Of a stretch of DNA of 64,000 nt, positions 37,436 to 51,516 are shown in pieces. The translations under genes were made by a program, and so were the position numbers. Position 1 is the first letter of the stretch, and the number at the start of each line of letters is the position of its first letter. Under the pieces are notes generated by a model that saw nothing but the letters and a program-made list of their open reading frames with translations, did no database searches and was not told the DNA's origin. This DNA is from Marsupella aquatica (Eukaryota > Plantae > Marchantiophyta), in contig OZ316891.1 of assembly GCA_973895155.1 (NCBI GenBank), positions 14,291,037-14,355,036 on the forward strand. Direction: 5' to 3'.

Positions 37436-39587
37436 GCTCGTCCATTCTCGTATGGAGGTTTGTGAGATTAGCGGAGGCTCAGAATTGATAGAAAATTTGA
37501 GGTATTGGCGAGGTCGTCCGCAGTCCAGGGCCTTACCTTGTTTTCGACAGTTAATGGCAAAGTCTCTCTCTCTCTCTGTATATTACTCTTCCCTTACGCA
37601 AATCAAATAGAAGTTCTTCTTTGAAGCTTCCACTGCCTGTGCCAGACCACCGTAGACAGACTGCCTTCTGAGCAAAGTCCTTCATTTCATTAGAATGAAT
37701 CGTCTTCGAAATAGAGTGGACATTTTGGAAAGGCGATGTATCCAGCTAGCTAGTTGTTCATAAGACTCTTTGACTAAGTAACGTTCAACGTTCACAGTCA
37801 TGGTGCTGTTCTTACCTCTGTGAAATTGAAACGGACAGTCAGAGAAAACCTTCCGATCGAAGTGGAAGTTGTCAATCGTGAACTTCCTGATGTCCCCAAG
37901 TCATAGCGCAATTCAGCAAAGCGATGGTGGAGCAGATTAGAGGTGAGCAACAGCGAATGTGAAAAGTCAGAGAAGAGCAGGAGCGCAAGCAGTTTCGGAG
38001 GCAGCATTTTGCAGGGACTCACACGAACTGGCTGCCGTGGCCTGTATAATCTGCAGAGGAAAACGACAAGCTTCGACACGTAACTGAATGTGCAGGTGTG
38101 ACACGTAGCAGCTTGGCAGATTTTGTGGGATAGCAGCCCTTGCTTTTCGCCTGCAGACTCGGGAGTGTTAAGGACGGTCTTCTAACATGCGAGTTGGATC
38201 TTAGTCAGTCCATGGTGACACATGCCAGGCATAACTTTCCATGTCAAGAAGAGCCCTATCACACCAATCTTTACGGGTCCAGTTAGAGACTCTTGCAAAT
38301 TTTAAAATTCAGAGAAAATTCCATGTCAACAGTTAATTCATATCCGTTGGATTTTACTTATCAATGGTTGAGATTGTGCAATGTGCCTTAACACTCGTGT
38401 GATGGCTGAAGACACTCGTGTGGCAAGTGTGAAGAAAATGTTTGGTTCATGTGCAGGAATGATACACATTCTTTGATACTAAATTTAAACAGAAACTTGC
38501 ATAGTACTTTGGGCAATAATTAAAATAAGACAACAAGTTAATCTTAACCATTGATGTTAATTGATCAATGATGAGAATTGTGAAACGTGAATTGATGCAC
38601 AATAAACTCACTTGTGTAAGAATTGTTATGCGTGTGCGAATGGAGCAAGTTAGAATGGTGATGCATGTGAGAGTTGTAACGCATGTCAAATATGTGCTAA
38701 TTGCGTGTCACTCAAAATACTGGTAAAAAGTAATTAAACATGTGCCAGTATTATGGGGCAACTAAGTTGAAGCCAAAATCAACTTGGATCTCAAAAACAA
38801 TTCAATTATTTTTGTTGTACTCAACCAATGGGCTGAAAAATTCTCTACAAGATAGAGGAAAGCTAGGGGAATCTACAGGGGAAGCTAATGTTTGAGCTCT
38901 CCAATTTGTGAATTAAAAATGAATTGATATTCCAAATTTGTCTTAAACCCATCTTACTTAGTTACTTTATGCCTACTTTGACTATCTACGTGAAGCTTTG
39001 TGATTCTGCATTTTCTCCTTACCTAACCAAATGTGCCAAAACTTTGTTGAGAGATAAAAGGAAACTACCTAGGAGAATATTTACTTAAAGTTTGAGCTCA
39101 AACTGAGGTCAAATTTTTGAGTTCAAAATAAAACTGAACCTATACTTGAAATTAGCCCAATGTTACCCTAAGCCAACTTTCCTAAGCAGACTAAGCTAAA
39201 GTTAGGGCCAAAAGAATCCAATTAGTGAGATTTATCATTTTCTGTTACTCAATCAAATGGGCTGAAAACTAGGGGACATCTGTGCCTAGATATATGATAG
39301 TGAGTTACAAAATTTAAGATACAAACAGACTTCACCTTACTTAACCAAATCAGTTGAAAATTTTGTTGAGAGAAGAATAGCTAGTAAGGGGATACCTCCA
39401 TTTTATGTTACGGAAACCTTAGTACCCTAAGCCAACTTTACCTAAGTTGAGTAAGTCAAAGCCACGTTCATAATTTAGGTCATGTCTTTGCATTTTTAAT
39501 TATAAAAAAATGGTGATGAGAAAAAATGTTCAGATGATGTTAATTTAGTGTTGGGAATTTTGAAAAGTTTACTATACCTTATCAAAT

Positions 39588-39840
39588 GATTTTAAAGTTA
39601 CAAACCCTGGGGTCAAACATTACACAAGCCCTTAAGGATGTGTTCACAAAAGAATTTTAATTTGCAACCGTATCAATTTTAAAGTTACAATTGGGGTCAA
39701 ACAGTACATCGACCCTTGCGGATGTGTGCACCAGAATGCCTTAACTTGTAACCTTTTAATTTTAAAATTATAATTGGGGTCAAAAAGTACACTTGCAAAT
39801 GTGTGCAGCATGATGCCTTAACTTTTAATCTTCTTGATTT
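39588..39840 (+). repeat. Three degenerate ~85-bp tandem repeats
   Basis: TTTTAAA(G/A)TTA(C/T)AA..GGGGTCAAA..TACA...GATGTGT repeated. Confidence 0.75.
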
Positions 39841-40299
39841 TTAACGTAATGGCTTGTTATGTTAAGAGTAGTATCAAATGTTGATCTTGCTTGTGTTATT
39901 TCTATTGGAAAATGAACAAAAGGAAATAACTCTCAAACTTAAGTTTTCTTCTGCTTTTCTTTGTAGCAAAGCTCCTTAGATAGAGTATTAGTGTTTACAT
40001 TTTCTTTATTTGTTAAGATTTGAGATTTACAAGACAAATATGAAGCTCCAATTTTCTGGTCAAATAGTACACAAGTTTAGATCTGAATATCAGAATGTTG
40101 AAAATTAGAACTTTATATTTTCTTTTATTCACAAATAATTATCACAAATCAATATACTAGAGGTGAAATCTTGGAACGACAAAAATGTTTGATATTGGTT
40201 TATCACACAAAAATATCAGCAATCACAACTGTTAACCATATAGAGAGAAGAGAAAGAAATCAAACCTGTATTTCAAGTGTTGTAATAATGTTGAGTTGG

Positions 40300-41080
40300 C
40301 TATTGATTGCCAAATAATTTGTAAACTCTCCCAAGCTTCCCTAGCAACCAAGAATAAAATGTTCATCTCAAGAAAGGGTCAACTGGCTCAAGAATTGAAA
40401 GGTCATTGGGCCACTTCACAACTAATAAAATCTATACAAATTGTAATCATCACACAAACATGCAATCATACAAACTTGCCTGGTCACATGATGAGAGCCC
40501 TACCAAACATACTCGACCACTTGATGTCCGCCTCCAAGCTTGAATGCCTCATGTAAACTCTCCTCACACCTAGTGTGAAGTATGTTGTAAAACTCACTAT
40601 AATCCTCCCTAGGCACACCAAAAGCGTCATGAGTCAAACCTCCAATCAATCTGCACAAGCTCCCAAACATTGAATACAACATCACTAATATTCTATCCAA
40701 CCTATTTTTGTTCAGTTTATCAGAGTTGTTAATCTTTACATAATGTAGAAACCTACATTTAATAATAAGAAAAGTACAATTTATTATAGAATCTACATCA
40801 TGCAAGAAAATAAGTGTTCATACTCCCATGAAAGTTGGTCTATATATATACAACCTCTCTCTCCACAACACTTGTGATGATTCTACACTTATGGTTTTTG
40901 TTTCCACTTGCCATGATATCAGGATAATGATGAAAATTTTCTTTTACTAGTACATATTAACAAATTGAATCTTCAAACTAAGTTGCCCAAGATAGTATTA
41001 CAAATAGTTATAACTAATGGCTCAATCCAAGCCATCATTTTTCTTGTGGCATACTCTTGTTATTGTAAATGAGCTTTTGA
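40300..41080 (-). pseudogene. Highly degenerate PIF/Harbinger transposase remnant
   Basis: GGLTHDAF and EFYNILHTRC...EAF followed by KW-like segment resemble the DDE_Tnp_4 core (G.THD; FN..HS..R..IE.AFG.L..RW). Confidence 0.5.
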
Positions 41081-43543
41081 TGTCATTTTTATAAATTTAA
41101 TCTAATGCATGTAAATTTAATATAAATTTACAACACTCCTCTGAATGCACTTTGGCTATATAAGTTATGTGAAAGAATTGAGCTGGACCCATATACTAGT
41201 TATATCTTTAAGAGAGAAAAAACGCTGCCCAGAGTACTCTTCCAATGCCCAAGGCACAGGTCTCCCATATATATTCATATAGTCTGAAGGCTCACATGGG
41301 CATTCAGTGATGCGTTGCCACGTCTGCCCTTAGCCAACTGGTGAGGTGGAGCCACTCCTTCTACTTGATGCTAGTCAGATTTTGCCTTTTGTCTTGGTTG
41401 ACATTATTCCCCAAGCCCATGATCCTGCTTGGACCCCGTGTCTAACTCTTGCTTATTAGTGGACAACAAGAGATTAAAACTTTTTCTTCCATATCATTTA
41501 ATTTAGACTTATATTTGTATGACAGCATCATAGTTCATTTGGAATCCTAAGATGGTTTGGAGCTAAGGAATAATTTATGGTGGATCTGGTCTTCCAAAGT
41601 TGGACAATGCACAACGCACTACAGTCCTACAGACAGTAATTTTTCTGGTAACAAATTATTTATATGTTAGACTATGCTTGTGAGTAAGGATGGCATGAGA
41701 GTCTATGTACAGGGAACCCTTCACGTGGCGAGCTCTAGAAATCCCTCATCTAGGAGGATGACAACTTTCATCCCATTTATAGGAATTGGATTAATGTCTG
41801 GAATCCTGATTTTATCTAGCATCTGCCAATAACATGGTTTGGAACTAAAACTATAACCTATGGTGGGTATCTGGTTTTCTTGATGCCTGTCATGATTTTT
41901 CTCTTGGTACATTTCACTACGTTTATGGAGAAGAGTGCACACTGAAGATTTGGATAGGCTCATTATGAAATTTCTCCTCTATTTTTATAAATATATTAAA
42001 AATTAAATTTTTTAGGCTTTTAAGTGTATTAAAGTATTGGTTTCAGAACATTATTGGCACTACTAGCCCCTCAAAACTAGAGCAAAAGCCGTGTTTTTTG
42101 GGCCCAATGGTCCACCATGCCCCCGTAAAAAGGACATTACTATATTCAAAATTGGCCCATGCACATGGCATTATCAAAATGCCAGATTGTACAATTGAAT
42201 GAAAGCACACATGCTGATGAAAGGGCCATGTGCTCTATAAAAAAGGTATCAGGTTAATGGTCAAAACTCTTGTGCTACGGTATCAAGGTTTGACGAGTGG
42301 TCATTACCCTATTGCGTTTGCATATCCTGTGCAGACCACAAGCCTAAAACTCCATGGAGAAAAGGCTATTCTATCCAGCAGATCTAATCTGATGAAATAC
42401 CTAAAGGATAGTTGGATTTTGTGATCTGATTGTACACAGTAGCAGATTTATATGATTGACAGCAATCCAGGAAAGGCCAATCAAGCCCTGTCCGAATGTC
42501 AATAGACTGATTTGGCAGCAAGTGATAAATAGGCACTAAAACTCCCTTCGGCAGAGGTTGGACGGCCTAGATCTCACAACGAGACCGCATCTGTCGATTA
42601 CGCATTCCATACAGTCCAGGCCTAGTGGCAGCTGCGGTTGGACGTGGGTGTGGGGGATTGAGGGCCGAGGGGCGGAACGATTCCAAGTTTCCAACCCCGT
42701 CCTTAAATATCTTCACACAAATTCACGGCCAGGATCTCCTCCTCGCATACAGGGAAAGAGCCTGGCCGTCCATAATCGAAGCCCGCAACGCGACTCCCGA
42801 GTCCCGATTCCCGACGATGGAGAATGTGGTGTCGTCACTCTTGCGGGGGAAAGCTTGCAAGTTGCAACAGGGTTTGACTGAGACTCGGAGAGTCTGGGTT
42901 AGGACTTAGGACAAAGTCCATTACTCCGCAAATGTAATAAAGCAAGAGGGACACTTGTTGAACCTAAACATAGATTAAAGAGTTTTTGAAGTCAATTTCA
43001 TTTGGGAGTCTCAAACGTCACATGAAGGGGAAAAAGTCTCAGGCTGATGGGGGTGGAATTTTAGAGCCGGACTTTGGTCTTATGTTGTTCTTGTCAGTTG
43101 CCACCATTTCCATAAAAGTCTTGTCCTATAATTTTTTCCAGGGCAGGTATTAGGTAAGGACTGTTTGGGCTATGATTCTAGTACCTGTTCCCGTCTGCCG
43201 CCGATCAGCATTTACCCACTTTCTGGTCACAGGGTTACCTTGAAAGCCACAAGCAAACCTATCCAATAGAGGACACACTTGTCCTCTTTCTGCTCCGGAG
43301 CATGTGGTTTTGGGTAGAGTAGCCATAAGGGAACAATCCCCAGGGATCCAAGAAGGACCAGACCGGGAGGGAGAGAGGGTTGCACCAAGGCCCCAAAATG
43401 GACCAGCCAGGGGCTGAGGAGAATCCATGACTCCCACCACTACATCCCACCACACATATATACACATACCCTTTGCACCCCTTGCGTGTGGAGGGTGGGG
43501 GGGGGGGGGGGCGCATTGAAGTTGGGACCTCTCAGTGCTAAGC

Positions 43544-43685
43544 TCATTCCCTGGCCAACTGATAAAAGCCAGTTGGTTTACTGTTTCAAACTTGTGCGAT
43601 CAGTGCATTGACGTTCATTCCCTGGCCAACTGATAAAAGCCAGTTGGTTTACTGTTTCAAACTTGTGCGATCAGTGCATTGACGT
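43544..43685 (+). repeat. Perfect 71-bp tandem duplication
   Basis: 43544-43614 identical to 43615-43685. Confidence 0.95.
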
Positions 43686-44642
43686 TGGCACAAAAATCCG
43701 GACTGCTCAAATGTGTCAATGCCTCTCAAGAATCACCAGTGCCCTTCACAAAAACCATGAGTGTCTTGTATGAAAATTTCCGGTGCCCTTCACAAAAAAC
43801 CATGAGTGTTTTGTATGGAAATTTCCCAGAGCGCTGAACGAGAAAAACGAGAGAAAGAAACTGGAAACAGCAGGTTGATGAAAGTCCATATTAAATACAG
43901 TTCCCTTGAAAGAAGGAGTCAAAGTTTGGATCACCTGTGGTGGTGATCCAGAATTCTAGACAAAACTCCACATCAGTTGGGCCCACTGCTTTGTATTTGG
44001 ATGGCCCCCTCGTTCTTCTGAAGCTACCACTTGGATGGCCCTCAAGTTCTTGTGAAGCGAACACTGCAGCCTTTTGCGCTCATTCGCTGGCCCAAATTGA
44101 ATCACGCTCCTTTTTCACTGATTCCATGGTCCAGAAAAAGGACATGAGAAGAAGCAAAATGGGCACTGAAATATCGTAAAAGCCACAGTGACTTGTTCCA
44201 ATGAAAGTCGTCGTCCTCCATCCGAAGCTCCGAACCGTCTATGAGACAAATCGATGGCATCCGAGTAGAAAGTGGTTATTTAACGAGTGAAGTTTGAATT
44301 AAACTACACTAGTTTTGCAATGAGCGAAGCCGACAAACGGTGGATTCGATCGAGCGCAGAACCGATCTTCAGTCGAGGGGTACAGTTGTAAAACGTACTG
44401 TAGTCCGAGAGCAACGGGAGGTGCCATCCGATTCGCTGGCGAAGAGAAATGAACGAAAGCGATTTAGAGAGGTAGTGCAACAAGCAATCATGCAAAAAAG
44501 CATTGGCGGGTAGATGTGATTTGGGCATTCGAAGAGCAATTGCATCAGGTGCGAGAGAGAGATTCGCAGTCCGGTGGGACCACGGCGGATGCTGTGGGGC
44601 ATCCCAACCGGACCTGACCCGACAGCAAATCATCAAGCTAAG

Positions 44643-44757
44643 GAAAGGTGTGTGCACATAAATGGGAGGAGATCTAAACAGTCACCACACTATAGCGACT
44701 GAAAGGTGTGTGCACATAAATGGGAGGAGATCTGAAACAGTCACCACACTCTAGCGA
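44643..44757 (+). repeat. 58-bp tandem duplication in the P450 proximal promoter
   Basis: GAAAGGTGTGTGCACATAAATGGGAGGAGATCT(G)AAACAGTCACCACACT occurs twice. Confidence 0.9.
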
Positions 44758-44810
44758 GCTAGAGCTCAGCCACTTCAGCTGAGCTAAAGCTGAGGTGCTT
44801 GAATTCGTCT

Positions 44811-44818
44811 GTATAAAT
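44811..44818 (+). promoter_or_regulatory. TATA box of the CYP707A-like gene
   Basis: GTATAAAT followed by a GA-rich 5' UTR, ~250 bp before the ATG. Confidence 0.5.
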
Positions 44819-45069
44819 TGGCTCGCAGAGGGTGAGAGAGAGGGAGATAGACAGAGAGGGAGACAGAGAGCGCGTGCAGCGAAGGCTTCTCACATTGGGT
44901 ACTAGAAATCGATACTAGAAATCCGAATTCTTCCGATTTTAGAGCGGGCTGAGAGAGTCGTTTGGACTGAGCAGCTTGTTAGGACTTGAGAGGGGTGAAG
45001 AGCGGGGTGAAGAGCGGGGTGAACGGTTTGTCCATCACTCTGCAAACAGTGCTGATGGGCCACTTCGAG

Positions 45070-46528
45070 ATGGAACTCGTGTGGGCGATTCTACTCGGAA
45101 TTATCCTGGTGGCATTATTCCTTCGAGTGCGAAGGAGCCGGGCTCGCGCCAAGCGATTGCCGCCTGGAACCATGGGATGGCCGTTCTTCGGAGAGACACT
45201 GGAGTTCTATTCGGTGCATCCGAATGAATTCTTCTCCTCCAAGCAAGCAAGGTGACAGTCAACCTATCCTGCCCGACCACCCTGCTCAATGGCTCAATCA
45301 ATCCTGGTGGCCGCAAAGCCTGAGCTCAACGCCATTGTTAGAGAAAGTTACAGCACGATCTAGCTTTTTCAGTCCTCGAATCGAATGAAGGATGGACTTT
45401 GACATGACTCTAGAAATTGTTCTGATTTTATTTCTCTGTCATAAGTCAATTCGGGATCGATGTGCTAGCGAGCTGGTCCTGAATGCGAACGATTCGGTCA
45501 GCCAGACAATGCATACTCTAGAGCTATGTAAAGAACATATCAAAATGCTCCCGAACTTCTTTTATGTCGTTCGTTTTCACATTTCTCTCTCGAGACTGAA
45601 TTGTCCAGGCTATCTGGAGACATTAATTACTACTGCATGGCTCTGGAAAGCTTCCAACAAAGCCAGAGGATGTCATTGTGTATCAACGAATGGGTTTGGA
45701 ATTAGTTAGATCTCTTCTTTCCCTTTACAAATGAATCTCGTCTTAGAGGACTGCCTATGCAGCACTGCCGCGTGAGCCGAAGAAATCAGTGGAGCTAGTA
45801 GGTTGAGTGGGTCACATAAATGTTCACTGGATGCACGCATTGACGTCTGACGGTATTGTTATCGGTGGTTATGGACCTTTCAATTAATAGGTTCGGCGAA
45901 ATTGTGAAGACCCACATCCTCGGATGTCCAGCTGTCATGATGGCAAGTGCGGAGGCGGCCAAGCTTGTGTTGCTCTCTGAAGCCAGAATGTTCAAGCCCA
46001 CGTACCCCCAAAGCAAGATGACGCTAATTGGGAAGAGCGCCGTTTTCTTCCAGCAAGGAGAGTTCCATCAGCGTCTGCGTCACCAACTGCAGTCCTGTTT
46101 CAGTCCCGAGATTGTTCGTGGGTCGCTCGGCCAAATCGAAGGATTGGTTTTGAACCTTCTGAAATCCATCGAGGACCGCGACATCAGCGCATCCGCGGAA
46201 ATGAAAAATGTTCGTATTCTCTCTCCTTCCCTAAAAAATTATCATTTCGTGAGTATGTCAATGCTGAGAGTACGGTACTGAAGAATTTGATCGTGCTTGC
46301 CTTCGTATTCTAGGCTCTAACTCTTACGGTTGCTGCTGGGTGTTGCAGTTTACTTTCGATGTCGGAGTCACTCTTGCCTGTGGTGGCTACGAAGGGATCG
46401 ACAAGGAAGAATTCAAACGTGCTTATCATACTCTGGAAGCTGGTTACAACGCATTCCCTATCAATCTTCCCGGAACCGGCTTTAATAAGGCAATGAAGGT
46501 AGTTGAAGCCCCTCTTTTTTTCATTATG

Positions 46529-46592
<64 letters not shown>

Positions 46593-48545
46593 AAATTGGT
46601 ATTGAAATTGAGTATAAACTCTGCAATTGGCCGAACATCTCGTACCAACTTCATTTGATAAGTTAGAAGCGGTGCAGTTTCGCTTGCCAACTAGCCTGGC
46701 ATCAGCATTGGTTGGACTCTTAGAACATTCTCACGAATCCTACACCCACACAACCGACAGGACATAGATTCCATCAGCCTAATAAGCCTTCATCATTTCT
46801 TTGCAGGCTAGAAATCAATTAAGCACGATGGTCGCCAAGCTGATCGCAGACAGGGAAGCAAGTGGTGTATCACGTCAAGATGTGTTGGGAACACTTCTGG
46901 AACAGAAATTTCCGCTGGATCAAATTGTAGACAATGTCATCGGAGTTATTTTCTCTTCTCAACATACTACCGCCAGTGCCATAACCTGGGTGATAAAGTA
47001 TCTCTCCATGAATCCGTCTCTACTCGCGGAAGTCAGGGTATGTTTCCTGCATCAGTCGATCACCTTATGTAGACGCAGTGGTTTAGCTGGACCGGATTGA
47101 TTGTAGCAAGCGTCTGAATCTTCGGGCGTCTTGAGTGTGCCAGTCCTGCGCTTCAATTGTTCGCGTTCGCTTACAATTCACCTCGGAAATGTGCTCAATA
47201 AAATTCTTCTGCTGCCCAGGCTGAACAAGACGCTGTGCTGGCGTCGAGGGCCTCTGATGTTGACGGACTACAGTTGGCCGACATTAAAAGCATGCCTCTC
47301 ACTTCACGGGTAAGCACTTCGCATTTTGAAAAACTTAATTGCATTCGTAACTTTTGCTCTTGAGCAGAGCCGTTCAGTCACAGCAATCGCCTGATCAAAT
47401 AACTGGAAACCGTCTTAATATCTAGCTATAAACAAGTACACGGCAAAACCTACTAGTTTTTATTTTGTTCGATCGATTAGTACTTACTAGTTTGACGACA
47501 AACAAGTACAGAGGAAAACCTACCCTACTTGATTTCATTCCGTCAATTAGTATGGTACTTTGACGACATGAATCCTGACCGTATCGATGACCCGGTCGCA
47601 CTTACTGCAACTGTAGTCAAATGCATCACACGTGCTCCATGTTCTAAATCCCCTGATAGTCTTTGTATTGTACGGTGATTTTCATTCTCAAGAATTGTAC
47701 CGGATAGTGGCGGCTAAGTAAACTGACTCGATTACAGCTAACATCCGAATTGGTGAAACAATCTTGCAGGTTCTTCAAGAGACTCTGAGACTGGCTTCCA
47801 TTTTGTCGTTTACTTTTCGAGAGGCTACCGAGGATGTCGAGTACAAGGGATACTTGATTCCCAAAGGCTGGAAAGTCATGCCACTTTTCCGAAACATACA
47901 CCACAACCCCGAAATCTATCCGGACCCCTACAAATTCGACCCCTCTAGATTTGAGGTAACCAGTACTGTACGTTGATTGATACCGTCATATGAGACTGAT
48001 CATGATATTTGACAGTTTAATCTGCGTGCTTGACATTCCTTTCTACATGTCGACGAGCATAAATCACACGGATTTCCGGGCTTGCGCTCTCGATCAATGA
48101 CTGACACATTGGCACATGTTTGTGGTGTGACGTTCAGAAACCTGTGAAGTCTAATTCCTTCCTGCCCTTCGGCAGTGGGGCGCACTCGTGCTTGGGTAGC
48201 GAGCTGGCAAAACTCGAAGTTTTGACATTAGTTCATCATCTCGTAACGAAATTTAGGTACGTTTACGGTTATCTTCTCTTCAAATCTCTCTGTTGGAAGG
48301 ATATATCGTGGAATGTTTGGTTTTTCATCGGCGTCGGGATCTTCTATACCATTCGCGTCTTAGGCTGAAATGGATTGAGATCTGCTTGCTTACGAGTACT
48401 TGTCCACACCGCTGAATTTCTAAATGTATTTGTGACGGCAAATTGCAGGTGGGAACTTCTGGAACCCAAATCTGGGCTTGATTATAGGCCCTTTCCCATT
48501 CCAAAAGATGGCTTGCCCATGCGCATCACACGGAGGGAGTTTTAA
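45070..48545 (+). CDS. CYP707A: Cytochrome P450, CYP707A-like (ABA 8'-hydroxylase family); exons 45070-45251, 45891-46209, 46349-46498, 46807-47037, 47220-47309, 47770-47955, 48138-48256, 48449-48545
   Basis: LPPGTMGWPFFGET, KTHILGCP, FKPTYPQSK, ETLR, KGWKVMPLFRNIHHNP, FDPSRF, heme motif PFGSGAHSCLG; all GT-AG junctions in frame (alternative in-frame ATG at 45055). Confidence 0.9.
46531..46589 (+). repeat. (AG)n microsatellite in P450 intron 3
   Basis: ~29 AG units. Confidence 0.95.
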
Positions 48546-51516
48546 TCTTCGTGATAATGATGAAACGCTATTTTAAAGCCTGAGCTCCCGGCCTTCGCAG
48601 GGTTTTGCATCACTTTGCGCGTCGAAATGACGGCTGTTTGACTCGATAAGCAGCCTTCACAGTACTTCTTCTAGAACCTGTGAGAACAGATCAAAGCAGG
48701 TCAATCCTGTTCATATCATTGCAACACGGCGCCCTCCTTCAGTAGACTCCTTCAAACTCGGTTCCTGTATCTTAATTGCATAGCCAACGTCCAGTTGGTA
48801 TGCCAATTGGTACGCCATAATGCTGGATGAAAGTTACTGTAGGTATTTAAGGCAGTCCGATCTAACCATTGGTACGCGTGTTGGACAATTGTCGTACCAC
48901 TAGTTAGATTTTGGACATTCAAAAGGCTGAAACTGTACAGTTAGATTGCTAGGAATTACAAAACTCACAACCCTCGCGGCTCTAGTTACGGTCTGTGCTG
49001 GTTGGGATATTTAGAATATCTGCAGCGGGGTTTAAATTCGCTCCAGAGCTGATATGTGTAGTGTACCATAAGGTAGAAGCAGCACCAGCGAAAGAGCGGG
49101 AAGTGCCTCCGTGTCCGCTGAAGCTGCACGGCTATTCGGCTTCGAGTTTTTGATGAGAGAAATCTGAGAGTTGAGAATCGTTTAAGAGATCGCTTCCCTG
49201 TTTAGGGTGTTAGTGAACACACGTTTCTTGACTCTCCATATATCCAGAAAAGTATACACATTCAATTGAGTAAAGTTCTCACGGAACATGAACAATTGGT
49301 CACGGACAAGATTTATTTCTATGACTATTCTTCGCTTGCATAGCGCAGAACCCATGAATGTTGGTGATCGTGCACCGCCGCGTTCCTCGTGGTGCAATGC
49401 GCAGCTCCTAAAAAGGCCGATCATATATGACACGCAATAACTATGATTGTGTTCCGAATGAATGGCAGCGTTTCGTCGCTACTAATGACCACTACGGAGA
49501 AGACTCTTGATTCATGTGAACTCCCACTCGTGACACTTTTCAAAATATCAACACTTCACGTGCCGAATGGGAGTGCATTGCTCTACAGCTGTTTTCGTCG
49601 TGTTGCAGCTTAAAAAAGGCGAGGAGCGCTTTCCGGTGACATGAAAGTTTGCATCGGCTTTTTACCGGATCCTACTTTCTTGAACTCTAATGCATTATAC
49701 CCATTCCCTGTCATCTCTCGGGGCAGTAGGTGAAAGCTAGTCTTTAAACATAATGCCTTTCTCCGGTCTCCGACAAAAAATCTTCGCAACTGACAAACAG
49801 TCTTTAACATGAAAGACATTGTCTTCATTTGATTGGTTCGCAAACCGGTCAATAGATATTTAAGTTAATATTTGAGGAACAGCTCATGATGATGTGGGAA
49901 AACTCCATCGTTACTTAATTGCGTGCACGCGTTCAGTTCGCTCCTCGCTTCGCTTGACACGACTTCAGATCGCTTCGCTTGACATGACTTCAGCGCTGTG
50001 CTAATTAAACTGCCGTAGTTAATATCCTGTTGCTTTTGGCAGACGCCAGCTTTGTTTTCGTACGTCAAAATGAAGAAAGAGTGTGAGATTTCATTACGTT
50101 TTACTCATCTCAGGTCAATGCCACTAGAATAGCTGACGATCACACCTTTTCTTTCGATTGCGAAGGGGACAGCGGAAACATAAAATTATATAGCCCTCGG
50201 GCGATTCATGCTCAGCGGTTGTCGCTCCTTTTGCCGGATCGAGCGAATGTTGCTATCCAGCTGCTGACCAAACAAAATTTGATTCAATTGCCTACCCGGG
50301 TGAAATTTTCAAGTCAATGGTTATACAGGATGAGACGGTCTGTGTATCGTTCTACCTGAAACACATGGGCCTTGTTCGAGCTTTTGATGCAGGTCTTCAG
50401 GTTCTCGATGCAAGATGAGCGTGGCGATGCGTTCTCCGCTATTCCCGTCTCGAACCCGAAACGAGCCATGAAACATCTCCTAAAATCGAAGGATAGCACC
50501 GTAAGCGCTGCTGAGCCAAGCAATCATGGGTCTAAAATTTGGGGTTGAATTACAAAGTAACACGCTCTCTTTCGAACCCATCAGGACCCCAGTGCACTTG
50601 CTTTTCAGAATGCTCTACAGTTTTCGGGTCATGGCTAAGTTCAGGTCCCGTGAGCTGACAGCCTTTCTCCTTCCTTCGTAGCTAATCCTTGGGCCCGCAC
50701 AGTTGTCTTCCAGTCCACAACTCAATGGACACACCATTGCGACGAACAGCATCGTTGTGTCAGCTCAACGAATCGGAAATTAACTCGATCTGCTACGCCA
50801 GTTGGGTCTCTTTGCAATCACTACAATCGACACCATCAGCTTTCCACGACCATTCGACCGTTTACCATTTTAAGGGGATTAAATAAATAATGTCACATGC
50901 ACAGTCGCGGACAACATCCACAGTCTAGTCTAAATTGTCGCAAGTGGCGGCATTGGTGATGTAAATATTGCGAGCCTCAATTAGCCTATCGACCAATCTG
51001 AGAACCGCCGCATCCAACGGACTCTTTCGCCATACCAAGTGGGGAAAAGATATGTGTATGGCGTCATTGGGCTCTCTCTCCCTACCTTTTCTCACATCAC
51101 TCTCCTGTTCATTTTCATTGTCCATCTACTGACAGTAGGGGTCCATATTTAAGAACGGTAGTGAGGGCCAACTGGACGAAAGCTTGGACAGGATTTGGAG
51201 AGTTGCACAAATGATGCTTCTGCAAAAGATATGGGGTATGCTAGAGAATCATATCAGGTCCCTTCCAAATCCAATCTCTCATTTTCAATAGGCAGAAGTG
51301 GAGAAATTTGCTTGGTGGGTCCCCTACTACTTAATTCCTGTGAAGATTCTTCTCTAAACTTTCTACTTTCTGAGTTTCTGTGCTTTATGGAAGAGAATGC
51401 CCACAGCTGTGCAAGTTGATCATACCAGTGCAAAAGGGCAGAAACCCCAAACCCCCAAACCTTGAGGCTCTAAAAACAAGGACACTTTGGGATTTGTAAT
51501 CTACCTGTCTCGTGGT

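Noticed and set aside
28148-38177. Possible inverted termini CCTTACATTCCC / GGGAGTGTTAAGG
   Set aside because: Too short and imperfect, and no TSD found.
42558-43516. Several ~90-105 aa ORFs in GC-richer intergenic DNA
   Set aside because: No recognisable domain, splice pattern or element boundary.
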